DNA of 64,000 nucleotides from Candidatus Omnitrophota bacterium (GTDB taxonomy: Bacteria; Omnitrophota; Gorgyraeia; Gygaellales; Profunditerraquicolaceae). The position numbers and the translations under genes were made by a program. Location of the stretch: positions 19,388-83,387 of the forward strand of contig JAKQWZ010000019.1 of NCBI GenBank assembly GCA_029561735.1. The letters run 5' to 3'. Below, piece after piece: positions 19,830 to 29,745 of the stretch. The notes under the pieces were generated by a model. That model had not been told where the DNA came from. It worked only from the letters and a program-made list of their open reading frames with translations, and made no database searches. How positions within the stretch are numbered: the first letter of the stretch is position 1; each line of letters opens with the position of its first letter.

Positions 19830-20585
19830 TTAACCAAACCTTCCCGTAATATAATCTTCAGTTTGCTTGTTTTTTGGTGCTGTAAATATGTCTTGTGTCT
19901 TGCCGAATTCAATCAGTTCGCCTAAAAGCATAAATCCGGTATCGTCGGAAACCCTTGCTGCCTGCTGCATGCTGTGCGTGACTATTATTATAGTATAATT
20001 ATTTTTTAGTTCACGCATTAATTCTTCTATTCTGGCAGTTGCCTGCGGATCCAGCGTTGAACACGGCTCATCCATAAGCACTATATCCGGCTGCACGGCG
20101 ATTAACCGGGCAATGCATAACCTCTGCTTTTGCTCCAAAGAAAGGCTTAGCGCTGATTTTCTTAATTTATCCTTTAATTCATCCCATAAAAGCACGGATT
20201 TAAGGCTGTATTCCACGATGCCGTCAAGTTTGTCCCGGCTGATTTTGCCGGCATGCACCTTTTCTCCAAAAACAATATTTTCATAAATACTCAAGGGAAA
20301 AGGATTGGGCCGCTGAAAAACCATACCTACCTTTTTACGCAGCGCCACTAAGTCAACTCCCGGTTCAACCGCATTCCGGCCATCAATTAAAATCTGCCCG
20401 CCTATGCGCACGCCGTCAATCAGGTCATTCATCCGGTTGAATGTGCGCAACAGCGTAGACTTACCGCATCCGGATGGACCGATAATAGCGGTTATCCTGC
20501 GCTCCTCTATGCTTATATTGACATCTTTAAGGGCGTGGAAGTCTGCGTACCAGAGATTCAAACTATTAGTTGATATCTTAGCCAT
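19830..20585 (-). CDS. pstB: Phosphate ABC ATPase, copy with a degenerate signature motif
   Basis: [33 protein letters not shown]; signature reads LSLEQ. Confidence 0.92.
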   Translation of the reverse strand: MAKISTNSLNLWYADFHALKDVNISIEERRITAIIGPSGCGKSTLLRTFNRMNDLIDGVRIGGQILIDGRNAVEPGVDLVALRKKVGMVFQRPNPFPLSIYENIVFGEKVHAGKISRDKLDGIVEYSLKSVLLWDELKDKLRKSALSLSLEQKQRLCIARLIAVQPDIVLMDEPCSTLDPQATARIEELMRELKNNYTIIIVTHSMQQAARVSDDTGFMLLGELIEFGKTQDIFTAPKNKQTEDYITGRFG

Positions 20586-21331
20586 TAGCCAAACCTTCCC
20601 CTGATATACCCGTCGGTGCGCTGGTCTTTAGGGACCGTGAATATCCTGTCAGTGGTATCAATTTCAATTAATTCGCCTGATAGAAAAAACGCAGTCCTGT
20701 CTCCTACGCGCGCAGCCTGTTTAACATTGTTAGTGACAAGCACGATAGTGTATTCTTTTTTCAGCTCCAGCATCGCCTCTTCCACCTTGGCAGTAGAAAT
20801 CGGGTCCAGCCCTGAACAAGGCTCATCAAATAATATGACCTCCGGAGCTACTGCCAACGTCCGGGAAATGCACAAACGCTGCTGCTGGCCGCCGGACAGC
20901 TTAAATGCCGATTCATCAAGGCGGTCTTTTACTTCATCCCATAAGTATGATTGTTTTAAAGAACGTTCTACTATCTGGCCAATCTTTGCCTTATTTTTTA
21001 ATCCGTGCATCCTTATCCCGTAAGCGATATTTTCATAAATAGATAACGGCAGCGGCAGCGGCAAAGCAAATACCATTCCCACTCTTTTGCGTAAAGCTTC
21101 AACATCGGTATTCCTGATATTTAACCTGTCTAACTCAACGATCCCGCTCATCCTGAAATGCGGATTAAGCTCATTCAGCCGGTTTAGCATTCTGATAAAA
21201 GTGGTTTTTCCGCTATTAGAAGGCCCGATAATGCTAAGGATCTCATTCTGGCGCACCTCTATATTGACATTCTTAAGCGCCTGGGCTTTTTCAAACCACA
21301 CATTCAAATCATGCACTTCGAATTTTACCAT
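20585..21331 (-). CDS. pstB: Phosphate ABC ATPase, copy with altered Walker A, Q-loop and H-switch
   Basis: [42 protein letters not shown]. Confidence 0.9.
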   Translation of the reverse strand: MVKFEVHDLNVWFEKAQALKNVNIEVRQNEILSIIGPSNSGKTTFIRMLNRLNELNPHFRMSGIVELDRLNIRNTDVEALRKRVGMVFALPLPLPLSIYENIAYGIRMHGLKNKAKIGQIVERSLKQSYLWDEVKDRLDESAFKLSGGQQQRLCISRTLAVAPEVILFDEPCSGLDPISTAKVEEAMLELKKEYTIVLVTNNVKQAARVGDRTAFFLSGELIEIDTTDRIFTVPKDQRTDGYIRGRFG

Positions 21332-22173
21332 TTTTTCTTTTTCCTAAACCGGTAACGGATGATAATTGCCACTAAATTCATAAATAAAACTAAAACTAAT
21401 AACACCAGCGCAGTTCCATAGCGCACTTTCTCATCCACATTCGGGACCTGCGTCGAGATAACATACAAATGATACGGCAGGGCCATTGCCTGATCAAAGA
21501 TTGACTTGGGCAGCTGAGGCAGATAAAATGCCGCAACAGTAAAAAGTATCGGCGCAGTTTCTCCTGCGGCGCGGCCCAAACCAAGAATAGTTCCGGTCAA
21601 TATTCCGGGAATGGCATTGGGCAAGACAATGTGGCGGATAGTCTGCCATTTGCTTGCGCCCAAAGAAAGGCTTACTTCTCGAAATGACTGCGGAACACTT
21701 TCCAACGCTTCCCGCGACGTAGTAATTATTATCGGCAAGATCATTATGCCCAGAGTCAAAGAGCCGGAAAGAATAGACGCCCCGAATTTAAAGAATACAA
21801 CGAATAATGCCAGGCCAAAAAGTCCGTAGACCACAGACGGAACTCCGGATAAATTTACAATCGCCAGCCGGATAATCCGGGTCAAGAAATTATCCCGGGA
21901 ATATTCGCTTAAATATATGACCGCCAGCAGCCCTATAGGCAAAGCAAATACTATTGCCCCCAATACAAGATAAATCGTCCCTATTATTGCCGGAAAAATC
22001 CCCCCGGTACGCATGCCCTGGCGCGGGATATCCGATAAAAACTGCCAGTTTATCGCCGGCAAACCTTTTTGCACAATGATAACCACGATCATCCCTACCG
22101 GCACGACTATCAGAAGCGTTGCCAGAAGCATAAGGAAAAAAGCGATTTTTTGTGTCCTTTTAGTATTGCGCAT
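21325..22173 (-). CDS. pstA: Phosphate ABC permease PstA
   Basis: IYLSEY, LSGVPSVVYGLFG, RAAGETAP. Confidence 0.95.
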   Translation of the reverse strand: MRNTKRTQKIAFFLMLLATLLIVVPVGMIVVIIVQKGLPAINWQFLSDIPRQGMRTGGIFPAIIGTIYLVLGAIVFALPIGLLAVIYLSEYSRDNFLTRIIRLAIVNLSGVPSVVYGLFGLALFVVFFKFGASILSGSLTLGIMILPIIITTSREALESVPQSFREVSLSLGASKWQTIRHIVLPNAIPGILTGTILGLGRAAGETAPILFTVAAFYLPQLPKSIFDQAMALPYHLYVISTQVPNVDEKVRYGTALVLLVLVLFMNLVAIIIRYRFRKKKKW

Positions 22174-23036
22174 TATTGCCTCTTATGCAAAAATAAATCT
22201 GCCGTCACATTAATAATAAAACTTATCACAAACAAAACAATCCCTATTGCAAATAATGCAAAATAGTGTTCGCTCCCTACTACTGCCTCGCCCATTTCAG
22301 CGGCAATCGTAGCGGTTAAAGTACGCACCGGCTGCAAAATACTGTGCGGGATTATTGCGGAATTCCCGGTTATCATCATCACAGCCATAGTCTCGCCGAT
22401 AACCCTTCCTATCCCCAGCATCACAGCTGCCACAATGCCGCTGGATGCCGCAGGCAGCATTACGCGGTATATTGTCTGCCAATGAGTCGCACCAAGGGCA
22501 AAAGCCCCTTCTTTGTAATTTTTTGGCACTGAATATAAAGCATCTTCGGCAACTGAGACGATCGTCGGCATAGCCATAAAGGCAAGCATAATTGAGCCGG
22601 ACAAAGCAGTTAAACCTGTGGGCAGATGAAAAACGCTCTTTACCCACGGAACAAGAGTAACCATTCCGATAAAACCCAAAACAACACTGGGTATAGCGGC
22701 CAAAAGCTCAATTCCGGATTTTAATATTTCTTTGGTCTTTGAGGGCGCAACTTCGGAAATATATACGGCGCAGGCAACGCCTATAGGTATAGAAATTATA
22801 GCCGCGCCCAAAGTGACTAACAGAGAGCCTAAGATCAAGGGCATGATCCCCAGCTGGGCCGGTTCAGAAATAGGATACCAGCTCTTTCCGAAAATAAAAG
22901 CAAAGGGATTGACGCTCTTAAAAAGCGCCAATCCCTCTTTTAGCAGAAATAAAAAAATCAATACTACAAAAAATATTGCGGCTAAACCGCAGACAAGTAT
23001 TAATTTTTCTATGATAAATTCTTTCAGTTTACGCAT
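22173..23036 (-). CDS. pstC: Phosphate ABC permease PstC
   Basis: ELLAAIPSVVLG, GRVIGETMAV. Confidence 0.95.
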   Translation of the reverse strand: MRKLKEFIIEKLILVCGLAAIFFVVLIFLFLLKEGLALFKSVNPFAFIFGKSWYPISEPAQLGIMPLILGSLLVTLGAAIISIPIGVACAVYISEVAPSKTKEILKSGIELLAAIPSVVLGFIGMVTLVPWVKSVFHLPTGLTALSGSIMLAFMAMPTIVSVAEDALYSVPKNYKEGAFALGATHWQTIYRVMLPAASSGIVAAVMLGIGRVIGETMAVMMITGNSAIIPHSILQPVRTLTATIAAEMGEAVVGSEHYFALFAIGIVLFVISFIINVTADLFLHKRQ

Positions 23037-23053
23037 CTATTCCCGGTTTCCGG

Positions 23054-23905
23054 TTATTTTACCGGAACAAAATCCGTCTGCAGGACTATCTCCTGCCCTT
23101 CTTTTGACAGCGCATAATCTATGAATTTCTTTACCGCGCCTTGCGGCGCACCGTCAGTATATATAAACAGCGGCCTGGATATAGGATACTTTCCGCTGAC
23201 AACATTGCTTATTATAGGTTCTTCATATTCAGATTTTTCATCCTTGGCCACAAAAACAGCTTTCTGTTTAGGTGAAATATAACCCATACCATAATAACCG
23301 ATTGCCGACGGATTAGAAGCCACTTCATCTGCAATTGCCTGCGACGAAGGCAGCATAAGGGCTGAAGGAGCAAACTCCTCCCTGCTGTTAGGGTTATTGC
23401 CTCTTAACACATGTTCCTTAAAATAAACATGCGTCCCGGAATTGACTTCCCGCGATAATATTACTATTTTCTGGTCAACTCCGCCCACATCCTTCCAGTT
23501 GGTAATTCTTCCGCTAAAAATACCGGCCAGCTGTGCCAAAGTAAGCCTGCTTACGGGATTTTTCGGGCTGACTACTACTGCCAAGCCATCAAGGCCGACC
23601 TTTATCTCATTTGGATTTTTTCCCTTTTTTTGAGCAAGAGCTATCTCTTTTTCTTTGATATTTCTTGAACTCATCGCTATATCGCATGTTCCGCTGATAA
23701 GGCTGGAGAACCCGGTACCTGAACCACCCCCGGTTACTGCAATAAATTCAGCCGGGTTTTTTTCCATATACCTCTCTGCCCACGCCTGGGCAAGGTTAAC
23801 CATGGTGTCCGAACCTTTGATTTGTATCGCATCGCCGGCAGCAACAGACCTTATTAAACCTAACACTAATGATAGTATTAAAACTAAAATTGATTTTCTA
23901 AACAT
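23054..23905 (-). CDS. pstS: Phosphate-binding protein PstS
   Basis: Signal peptide, IKGSDTM, GGGSGTG, SREVNSGT, YPISRPL. Confidence 0.95.
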   Translation of the reverse strand: MFRKSILVLILSLVLGLIRSVAAGDAIQIKGSDTMVNLAQAWAERYMEKNPAEFIAVTGGGSGTGFSSLISGTCDIAMSSRNIKEKEIALAQKKGKNPNEIKVGLDGLAVVVSPKNPVSRLTLAQLAGIFSGRITNWKDVGGVDQKIVILSREVNSGTHVYFKEHVLRGNNPNSREEFAPSALMLPSSQAIADEVASNPSAIGYYGMGYISPKQKAVFVAKDEKSEYEEPIISNVVSGKYPISRPLFIYTDGAPQGAVKKFIDYALSKEGQEIVLQTDFVPVK

Positions 23906-23940
23906 AGCTCCTCCCCTGTTTTAAATAGTATATGCTGTTT

Positions 23941-23980
23941 TGTTTAAATATAGATGTAATCAATGTTAAATCAATGTAAA
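23941..23980 (-). promoter_or_regulatory. Putative Pho box upstream of pstS
   Basis: TTTACA-N5-TTAACA direct repeats (11-bp period) plus degenerate copies TTACAT and TAAACA. Confidence 0.6.
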
Positions 23981-23981
23981 A

Positions 23982-24650
23982 TCAGAAAGCTAACTTTAGG
24001 CGGGTGCCGAGTATATTGGCATCTATCCATTTACCATTACTGCCTTTATCGCTTTTGAGCATATAATAAAGCTCGGCTTTGAGATTTTTAAGCAGGCTCA
24101 TGCCTAACCCTGCTGAAAACCGGTTTTGATTTATTTGAGTAGTGCCTGCGCTGGCAAAGGGAGCCAGTATTTCATCGCTGATATACGGCCGAAGCTCTAA
24201 TTTCGTAAACTTCCATGGAAATTTAAGGGTAAATTTATTGCGGTATCTCCAGGAATCTGTTTTGAAATCAAAATTCCTGTATTCCAGGCGGCTGCGGCTA
24301 TCAAAAGAAAAACCAAACTTTTCTAAAAATAACGTGGCGGTTAAAAACGGCTCATTGGACTGCCTCCATTTATTCCCGGACAGTTCATAAACATCGCGGT
24401 ACCCGGCTCCAAGACCCCAATTCTGATTTAACCTATAGGATAACCCGATATCATAATGCTGATAAGAAAATTCGCCGGCATTGTCCATCCAACGGAATTC
24501 CTGCTCATAGGCGATTTTTAATTTTTTACTTACGCTCCACTCTAGAATATCGGTATTCCAGACTTGAAAATCATGGTTATCATAAGCATAAATACCGGAC
24601 GCAAACGAAAAAAATAATAACCCCAAAACCGCAAACTTAACCTTACGCAT
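23982..24650 (-). CDS. Outer-membrane beta-barrel protein (DUF2490-like)
   Basis: Signal peptide, alternating beta-strand pattern, RSRLEYR..RYRNK, QNRF, terminal Phe. Confidence 0.75.
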   Translation of the reverse strand: MRKVKFAVLGLLFFSFASGIYAYDNHDFQVWNTDILEWSVSKKLKIAYEQEFRWMDNAGEFSYQHYDIGLSYRLNQNWGLGAGYRDVYELSGNKWRQSNEPFLTATLFLEKFGFSFDSRSRLEYRNFDFKTDSWRYRNKFTLKFPWKFTKLELRPYISDEILAPFASAGTTQINQNRFSAGLGMSLLKNLKAELYYMLKSDKGSNGKWIDANILGTRLKLAF

Positions 24651-24693
24651 ATTGCCCTCCTTATTTGTAATTATACCACAGCCATTGATACCG

Positions 24694-24747
24694 ATTATAA
24701 AATATGGCTATTAAATAGTATTGAGGAATGGGTTAAATGTAGGTTAA
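24694..24747 (-). promoter_or_regulatory. Putative Pho box and -10 upstream of the beta-barrel gene
   Basis: TTAACC-N5-TTAACC then TCAATA and TTAATA at ~11-bp period; TATAAT at 24694-24699. Confidence 0.55.
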
Positions 24748-25856
24748 ATAATTAAAGGAAGGGTAAACCAAAATTTTGAACCGGCGCCTTCAACGCTGTC
24801 AACGCCTACTGTGCCCGCATGAAGCTCTACAATATGTTTGACTATGGATAATCCCAGGCCTGTACCGCCTAATTCCCGGGAGCGGGCCTTATCCACACGG
24901 TAAAAACGCTCAAATATCCGCGCAATATCCTTTGCCGGGATCCCTGCGCCTGAATCTTCAATTATAATCTTTATTTTATCACCAAGATCCTCTGCGGATA
25001 TCTTGATAAAACCTTTATCTTGGTTAAACTTAATAGCATTGTCAATCAAGTTAACTAAAACCTGCTCCAGCCTGTTTTTATCGGCCTTTACCGATAAGCC
25101 CTGCGGGATAATGTTTTCAGTAAGTATAGTTTTTTTCTTAAGCTGGGATTTAAAAGCCGACAAAATTTTATCTACAAACCCGCTTAACTTGATTTCTTCA
25201 AGCTCAAGCCCCGAATTTGAGGATTCTATGCAAGATAATTCCAACAAATCATTGATCAGGCTGTTTAATCTTCGGGTATGCTCTTTTATTATTTCCAAAA
25301 AATGCCGGCTGTTTTCTTTGTCTTCCAACGCACCTTCAAGCAGCGTTTCTACAAAACCGCTTATTGAGGTAAGCGGGGTCTTTAATTCATGCGAAACATT
25401 AGCTACAAAATCCCTGCGCATTGCTTCAAGCCTGCGTATTTCAGTTATGTCGTGAATAGCCAAGAGGCAGCCGCTGACTGCGCCTGCCTCAAAAAGAGGT
25501 GTAGCATTTAGCTGAAATATCCGCTTCACCGGCCAGACTAAATCCAGCTCCTTAGAGGCAGTTTGAGCGCTGCTTAAGACTGCGCTGGCTATCTCAAAAA
25601 TGTCATTATTTTTTATAACCTCAAGCAGGAGCCTGCCTTCAGCGTCTTTTTTTGAAATACCGAATATCTGCTCAATAGCCGGATTTATTGAAATGATATT
25701 AGCATGCCTGTCCACGGCAATAACGCCCTCAATCATACTATTTAAAATGGCCTGGATCTGATTGGCCTGTTTCTCAAGCTCTTGAATGCGGGAATTCAAG
25801 CCGGCAACCGCTGAATCAATTTTACGCTGAATTTCTTTATTGGTAGTAATTAACAT
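24744..25856 (-). CDS. phoR: PhoR-like sensor histidine kinase (PAS-HisKA-HATPase), no TM helices
   Basis: FVANVSHELKTPLT, NLIDNAIKF, FERFYRVDKARSRELGGTGLGL. Confidence 0.9.
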   Translation of the reverse strand: MLITTNKEIQRKIDSAVAGLNSRIQELEKQANQIQAILNSMIEGVIAVDRHANIISINPAIEQIFGISKKDAEGRLLLEVIKNNDIFEIASAVLSSAQTASKELDLVWPVKRIFQLNATPLFEAGAVSGCLLAIHDITEIRRLEAMRRDFVANVSHELKTPLTSISGFVETLLEGALEDKENSRHFLEIIKEHTRRLNSLINDLLELSCIESSNSGLELEEIKLSGFVDKILSAFKSQLKKKTILTENIIPQGLSVKADKNRLEQVLVNLIDNAIKFNQDKGFIKISAEDLGDKIKIIIEDSGAGIPAKDIARIFERFYRVDKARSRELGGTGLGLSIVKHIVELHAGTVGVDSVEGAGSKFWFTLPLII

Positions 25857-25858
25857 TT

Positions 25859-26554
25859 TTATTCTTCGCCCATTTCAAAACGGTATCCGTAATTCTTAAC
25901 TGTTGTTATCCGCTTGGCCTCGGATTTCAATTTTTTACGTAAAGTCCTGATATGGACATCCACTGTGCGGGTCTGAATCTCAATGGCATGGTCATAACCC
26001 CATATTGTATCAAGCAAAAAATCCCGGGATAAAACCCTGCCTTTAGCGCCAATCAATGTCTTTAACAGTTCAAATTCCTTGGAAGTCAATTCAACAGGCT
26101 TATTATTGATGCTTACAGCTATCCTGGAAAAATCAATGCTTATATTGCCGATATTTAATATCTCCGGCAGCTTCTCTTTATCTTTTACCCGCCGTAAAAC
26201 CGCCTTAATCCGGGCAATTATCTCCCGCGGGCTAAACGGCTTAGTAACATAATCATCCGCGCCCAATTCCAAACCCACGATTTTATCCGCTTCTTTAGAT
26301 TTAGCAGTAAGCATGATTATCGGGATACGGGAAGTTTTGTCCTCTTTTTTCAGCTGGCGGCACACCTCTAAACCGTCTATTTCCGGCAACATCAGGTCTA
26401 GCAAAATTATATCCGGCCGCTCACGCACAGCCATATCCAGGGCGTCCTCTCCGTCATAAGCAAGAAGCGTTCGATACCCTTCTTTTTTTAAATTATAATC
26501 CAGTAACTTAACAATGTCTTTCTCGTCATCCACAATCAGGATTTTCTCTTTCAT
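25859..26554 (-). CDS. phoB: OmpR-family response regulator PhoB/PhoP
   Basis: ILIVDDE, LDLMLP, GADDYVTKPFS, RTVDVHIRTLRKK; context next to phoR and pst. Confidence 0.88.
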   Translation of the reverse strand: MKEKILIVDDEKDIVKLLDYNLKKEGYRTLLAYDGEDALDMAVRERPDIILLDLMLPEIDGLEVCRQLKKEDKTSRIPIIMLTAKSKEADKIVGLELGADDYVTKPFSPREIIARIKAVLRRVKDKEKLPEILNIGNISIDFSRIAVSINNKPVELTSKEFELLKTLIGAKGRVLSRDFLLDTIWGYDHAIEIQTRTVDVHIRTLRKKLKSEAKRITTVKNYGYRFEMGEE

Positions 26555-27237
26555 AGCATTCTCGCTTTACGGTCCTGCCGGCAGGCATTAACGCACACAC
26601 CGCAGATATACTGATCCACTAATTTATTTTTCTGAAATTCCTTCAATTTTTCAAAACACTTAATATGGTCAAAATCCTGCGGGCTATTTTTTATAGCTCC
26701 TGCCGGGCATAGATTAACACATAAACAACAGGCGCCGCAATCTCTTTTTAACGGTTTATCGGTTTTTAAAGGCATATCGGTCAGAATAGTGGCAAGCCTT
26801 AACTGGCTGCCCAGTTTTTCGCTGACTAGCAGATTATTCCTTCCTATCCATCCCAACCCGGCTAATTGCGCTAATTTTTTATGCGATAAATGCGCGGTCT
26901 GGTTCTGCCAATCAAGTATTACCGAAGCCGGTATAGGAAAAGCCAGAAAGCCTTTTCTTTGGATGTAATTGGCGATTCTTAAAGCCGTTTGGTCCAGAAA
27001 AGCATTGGCTGTACGGTAATGATGAAAATAAATTTTGGTAGGAGCGTCAATTATTTCCTCTAATACCGCCTTTGAAAGCCGCGCACCTAAACAGACGGCC
27101 TTATCCAGTTTTTTTGAAACATCCTCCTTAATTGCAAATTCTTTACGTATGGCCGAAATATCCGCCACACCAAATAGATCAAGCCCTGCCGCAAGGCTGA
27201 ATTTCTTCAGGTCAGAGTAGTTTTTATTTTTATCCAT
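26551..27237 (-). CDS. QueG / reductive-dehalogenase-like 4Fe-4S protein
   Basis: SHKKLAQLAGLGWIGRNNLL, LRLATILTD, CGACCLCVNLCP, CGVCVNAC. Confidence 0.8.
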   Translation of the reverse strand: MDKNKNYSDLKKFSLAAGLDLFGVADISAIRKEFAIKEDVSKKLDKAVCLGARLSKAVLEEIIDAPTKIYFHHYRTANAFLDQTALRIANYIQRKGFLAFPIPASVILDWQNQTAHLSHKKLAQLAGLGWIGRNNLLVSEKLGSQLRLATILTDMPLKTDKPLKRDCGACCLCVNLCPAGAIKNSPQDFDHIKCFEKLKEFQKNKLVDQYICGVCVNACRQDRKARML

Positions 27238-29089
27238 GTATTTTTCTTAAATAAACCATCAGCAAGCTGATTGCCGCCGGAGTCACCCCTGAAATTCGGG
27301 ATGCCTGCCCCAGATTTACCGGTTTAAAATTCTTAAGTTTTTCTTTTATTTCCCGGGATAAACCGTTTATCCCGGAATAATCAATATTGCCGGGGATACG
27401 GATCTTTTCCAGATTTTTAAACTTAGCCACCTGCGCAGACTGCCTTTTAATGAACCCTTCATATTTTACCTCAATTTCTATCTCTTGTTTAGCAAAATCC
27501 GGGATGTTAACCCGGCTTATCCGGGAGATTTTATCCAGGCCCATCTGCGGGCGCCTTAATAATTCGGCCAGGCTGACAGGATGGCTTATTTCAGCTGTGT
27601 TAAAATCAGCTAAAGCAGAATTTATCTGCGTATTGGGTTTGACCCGGGTAGTTTTTAACAATCTTATTCCGCTAAGAATCGCTTTTTGTTTTCTTTGGTT
27701 AGCCAGATATACTTTTTTGTTAACCAGCCCGTATTCATAGCCGGTTTTGCACAACCGCAGGTCAGCATTATCTTCTCTTAGAAGCAGCCGGTATTCTACG
27801 CGCGAAGTAAACATCCTGTAAGGCTCTTCAGTGCCTTTGGTTGTCAGGTCATCAATCAATACGCCGATGTAACTTGACGCGCGGTCTAAAATTAATGCCC
27901 TTTTGCCTTTGATTTTGGCTGCGGCATTAATCCCGGCAATCAGGCCTTGAGCAGCTGCTTCTTCATAACCGGTTGTGCCGTTGATCTGGCCGGCCAGAAA
28001 TAAATTTTTGATTAATTTTGTTTCCAAAGTCGGGTATAACTGGGTCGGCTCAACCACAGCATGCTCTATGCCGTAACCGAACCGTAATACCTTTGCCTTT
28101 TCCAGCCCCTGTATTGAATGTATAATCTGAAGTTGGACTTCCTCCGGCAAACTGGTAGATATTCCATTGGGGTATATTCTGCTGCAATGTAGGCCTTCCG
28201 GCTCCAGGAACACCTGGTGGCGCGGCCTGTCAGGGAATTTTACTATCTTATCTTCTATTGACGGGCAATACCTTACTCCGGTTGCCTTGATAATCCCGGC
28301 ATAAAGAGGCGACTTGTCCAGATTATCCATTATAATCTTGTGGGTCTGGGGATTAGTATAAACAATATGGCAGGGGACCTGCCGGCGTGTTATTTTTTTA
28401 GTTAAGAATGAAAACGGCTTGGCCGGATTATCCGGCTCCTGGATAACAGCCTTTGAAAAATCAATGGTATTCTTATCCAGCCTGGGGCAGGTGCCTGTTT
28501 TAAACCTTAATAAATTAAAACCCAGACTTTTTAGCGATTCCCCCAGCCCTATGCTTGCCGGCTCATCAATGCGCCCGGCACTGCAATGTTTCATCCCCAC
28601 ATGGATAACTCCGTCAAGGAATGTCCCGGTACAGATAATTACTGTTTTAGAATAAAACTCTTGGCCTTCAGTGGCAACTCCGCTTGTTATGCCATCGCGG
28701 ACTAAAATCCTTTTGACTTCTGCTTCTTTAATATCAAGATTTTTTTGTTTTTTAAGCCTCTGCTGCATGTATTGAGAATACAGCTGCATATCAATTTGAG
28801 CGCGCGAAGAATGTACTGCTTTACCTTTAGAGGCATTCAAGATGCGGAACTGTATGCCGCAGGCATCTGCTGCCTTGGCCATTTCCCCGCCTAATGCGTC
28901 AATCTCCTTGACCAGCTGACCCTTGCCCACGCCGCCGATTGCCGGATTACAACTCATCAAGCCAATATTATTCTTTTTAAAAGTCAATACCAGCGTTTTA
29001 CAACCAAGGCGCGAGCTTGCCAGGGCAGCTTCAATACCAGCATGCCCAGCACCAATTATAATCACATCATACTCAGGGACGGTTCTCAT
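27230..29089 (-). CDS. mnmG: tRNA uridine 5-carboxymethylaminomethyl modification enzyme
   Basis: IGAGHAGIEAA, SCNPAIGG, RYCPSIEDK, GQINGTTGYEEAAAQG, RISGVTPA. Confidence 0.97.
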   Translation of the reverse strand: MRTVPEYDVIIIGAGHAGIEAALASSRLGCKTLVLTFKKNNIGLMSCNPAIGGVGKGQLVKEIDALGGEMAKAADACGIQFRILNASKGKAVHSSRAQIDMQLYSQYMQQRLKKQKNLDIKEAEVKRILVRDGITSGVATEGQEFYSKTVIICTGTFLDGVIHVGMKHCSAGRIDEPASIGLGESLKSLGFNLLRFKTGTCPRLDKNTIDFSKAVIQEPDNPAKPFSFLTKKITRRQVPCHIVYTNPQTHKIIMDNLDKSPLYAGIIKATGVRYCPSIEDKIVKFPDRPRHQVFLEPEGLHCSRIYPNGISTSLPEEVQLQIIHSIQGLEKAKVLRFGYGIEHAVVEPTQLYPTLETKLIKNLFLAGQINGTTGYEEAAAQGLIAGINAAAKIKGKRALILDRASSYIGVLIDDLTTKGTEEPYRMFTSRVEYRLLLREDNADLRLCKTGYEYGLVNKKVYLANQRKQKAILSGIRLLKTTRVKPNTQINSALADFNTAEISHPVSLAELLRRPQMGLDKISRISRVNIPDFAKQEIEIEVKYEGFIKRQSAQVAKFKNLEKIRIPGNIDYSGINGLSREIKEKLKNFKPVNLGQASRISGVTPAAISLLMVYLRKIHG

Positions 29090-29134
29090 TTTACCTTGGG
29101 GACGGTTCTGAAATACCTCACAGAAGTGTCCCCT
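29075..29134. repeat. Left REP arm
   Basis: AGGGACGGTTCTCA-N10-GGGACGGTTCTGA-N10-AGAAGTGTCCCCT; contains hairpin GGGGACGGTTCTG..CAGAAGTGTCCCC. Confidence 0.9.
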
Positions 29135-29196
29135 ATTTTAAAAATTATGTTAGAAATTAACATTTGTTGCGTCTATTATCATAGGAGGTGATAGAT

Positions 29197-29673
29197 ATGC
29201 CCAGAACAGCGCGGTTTACAATCGAAAATGGATATTACCATATTATCACAAGGGGAAATCAAAAACAAATTGTTTTCAAGGAAGAGACCGATTACACTAT
29301 TTACTTAAATATTCTAAACAAATACAGGAAGCGCTATAAGGCCAAACTCTACTGCTACTGCTTAATGCCAAATCATGTTCACTTGCTTTTAGAAGTTTCT
29401 GAACCTCAAGCTTTACGCAAATTCATGAGTGGATTAAACTTAAGCTATACGATATATTTCAATGCAAAATACAATAAAGTTGGTCATCTTTGGCAAGATA
29501 GATATATAAGCAGACTGATTCATAAAGATAAATATCTGCTGGATTGTATAAACTATATTGAAACCAATCCAATCCGGGCAAATCTGGTCCAAGATATCAC
29601 AATATATCCCTGGAGTAGCTATACGGCTAAAATGGATCAAAATAACAAAATGTTAGATGTACCCGAGATTTAA
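29197..29673 (+). CDS. REP-associated tyrosine transposase (Y1/HUH, IS200-like)
   Basis: MPRTAR, YHIITRGN, YCLMPNHVHLL (HUH), GHLWQDRY, NYIETNP, YPWSSY; GGAGG SD; AT-rich; the only plus-strand gene. Confidence 0.92.
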   Translation: MPRTARFTIENGYYHIITRGNQKQIVFKEETDYTIYLNILNKYRKRYKAKLYCYCLMPNHVHLLLEVSEPQALRKFMSGLNLSYTIYFNAKYNKVGHLWQDRYISRLIHKDKYLLDCINYIETNPIRANLVQDITIYPWSSYTAKMDQNNKMLDVPEI

Positions 29674-29685
29674 TAATTAGGCTAG

Positions 29686-29745
29686 AGGGGACACTTCTCA
29701 GCACAAAATCAGAACCGTCCCTAGAGTAATTTGAGAACCGTCCCT
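29686..29745. repeat. Right REP arm
   Basis: AGGGGACACTTCT-N10-TCAGAACCGTCCC-N10-TGAGAACCGTCCCT. Confidence 0.9.

Larger units (their letters stand above)
29075..29745 (+). mobile_element. RAYT (REP-associated tyrosine transposase) unit: HUH transposase between 60-bp inverted REP arms
   Basis: Arms 29075-29134 and 29686-29745 are inverted copies with identical 13/13/14-bp blocks separated by unrelated 10-nt spacers. Confidence 0.85.

Noticed and set aside
19820-19912. Extended N-terminus of PhoU (similarly ApgM 31028-31081 and the CBM protein 41186-41263)
   Set aside because: These extensions overlap upstream genes; downstream ATGs give family-typical N-termini, with clear SDs for phoU and the CBM gene.
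26574-26585. CCTGCCGGCAGG, core of the second palindrome family
   Set aside because: Only 12 bp, overlaps the conserved final Fe-S Cys codon, and the outer arms are missing.
29075-29745. Block-spacer-block pattern read as a mini CRISPR array
   Set aside because: Blocks are 13-14 bp with 10-nt spacers, partly inverted, with no cas genes; REP arms of a RAYT explain it.
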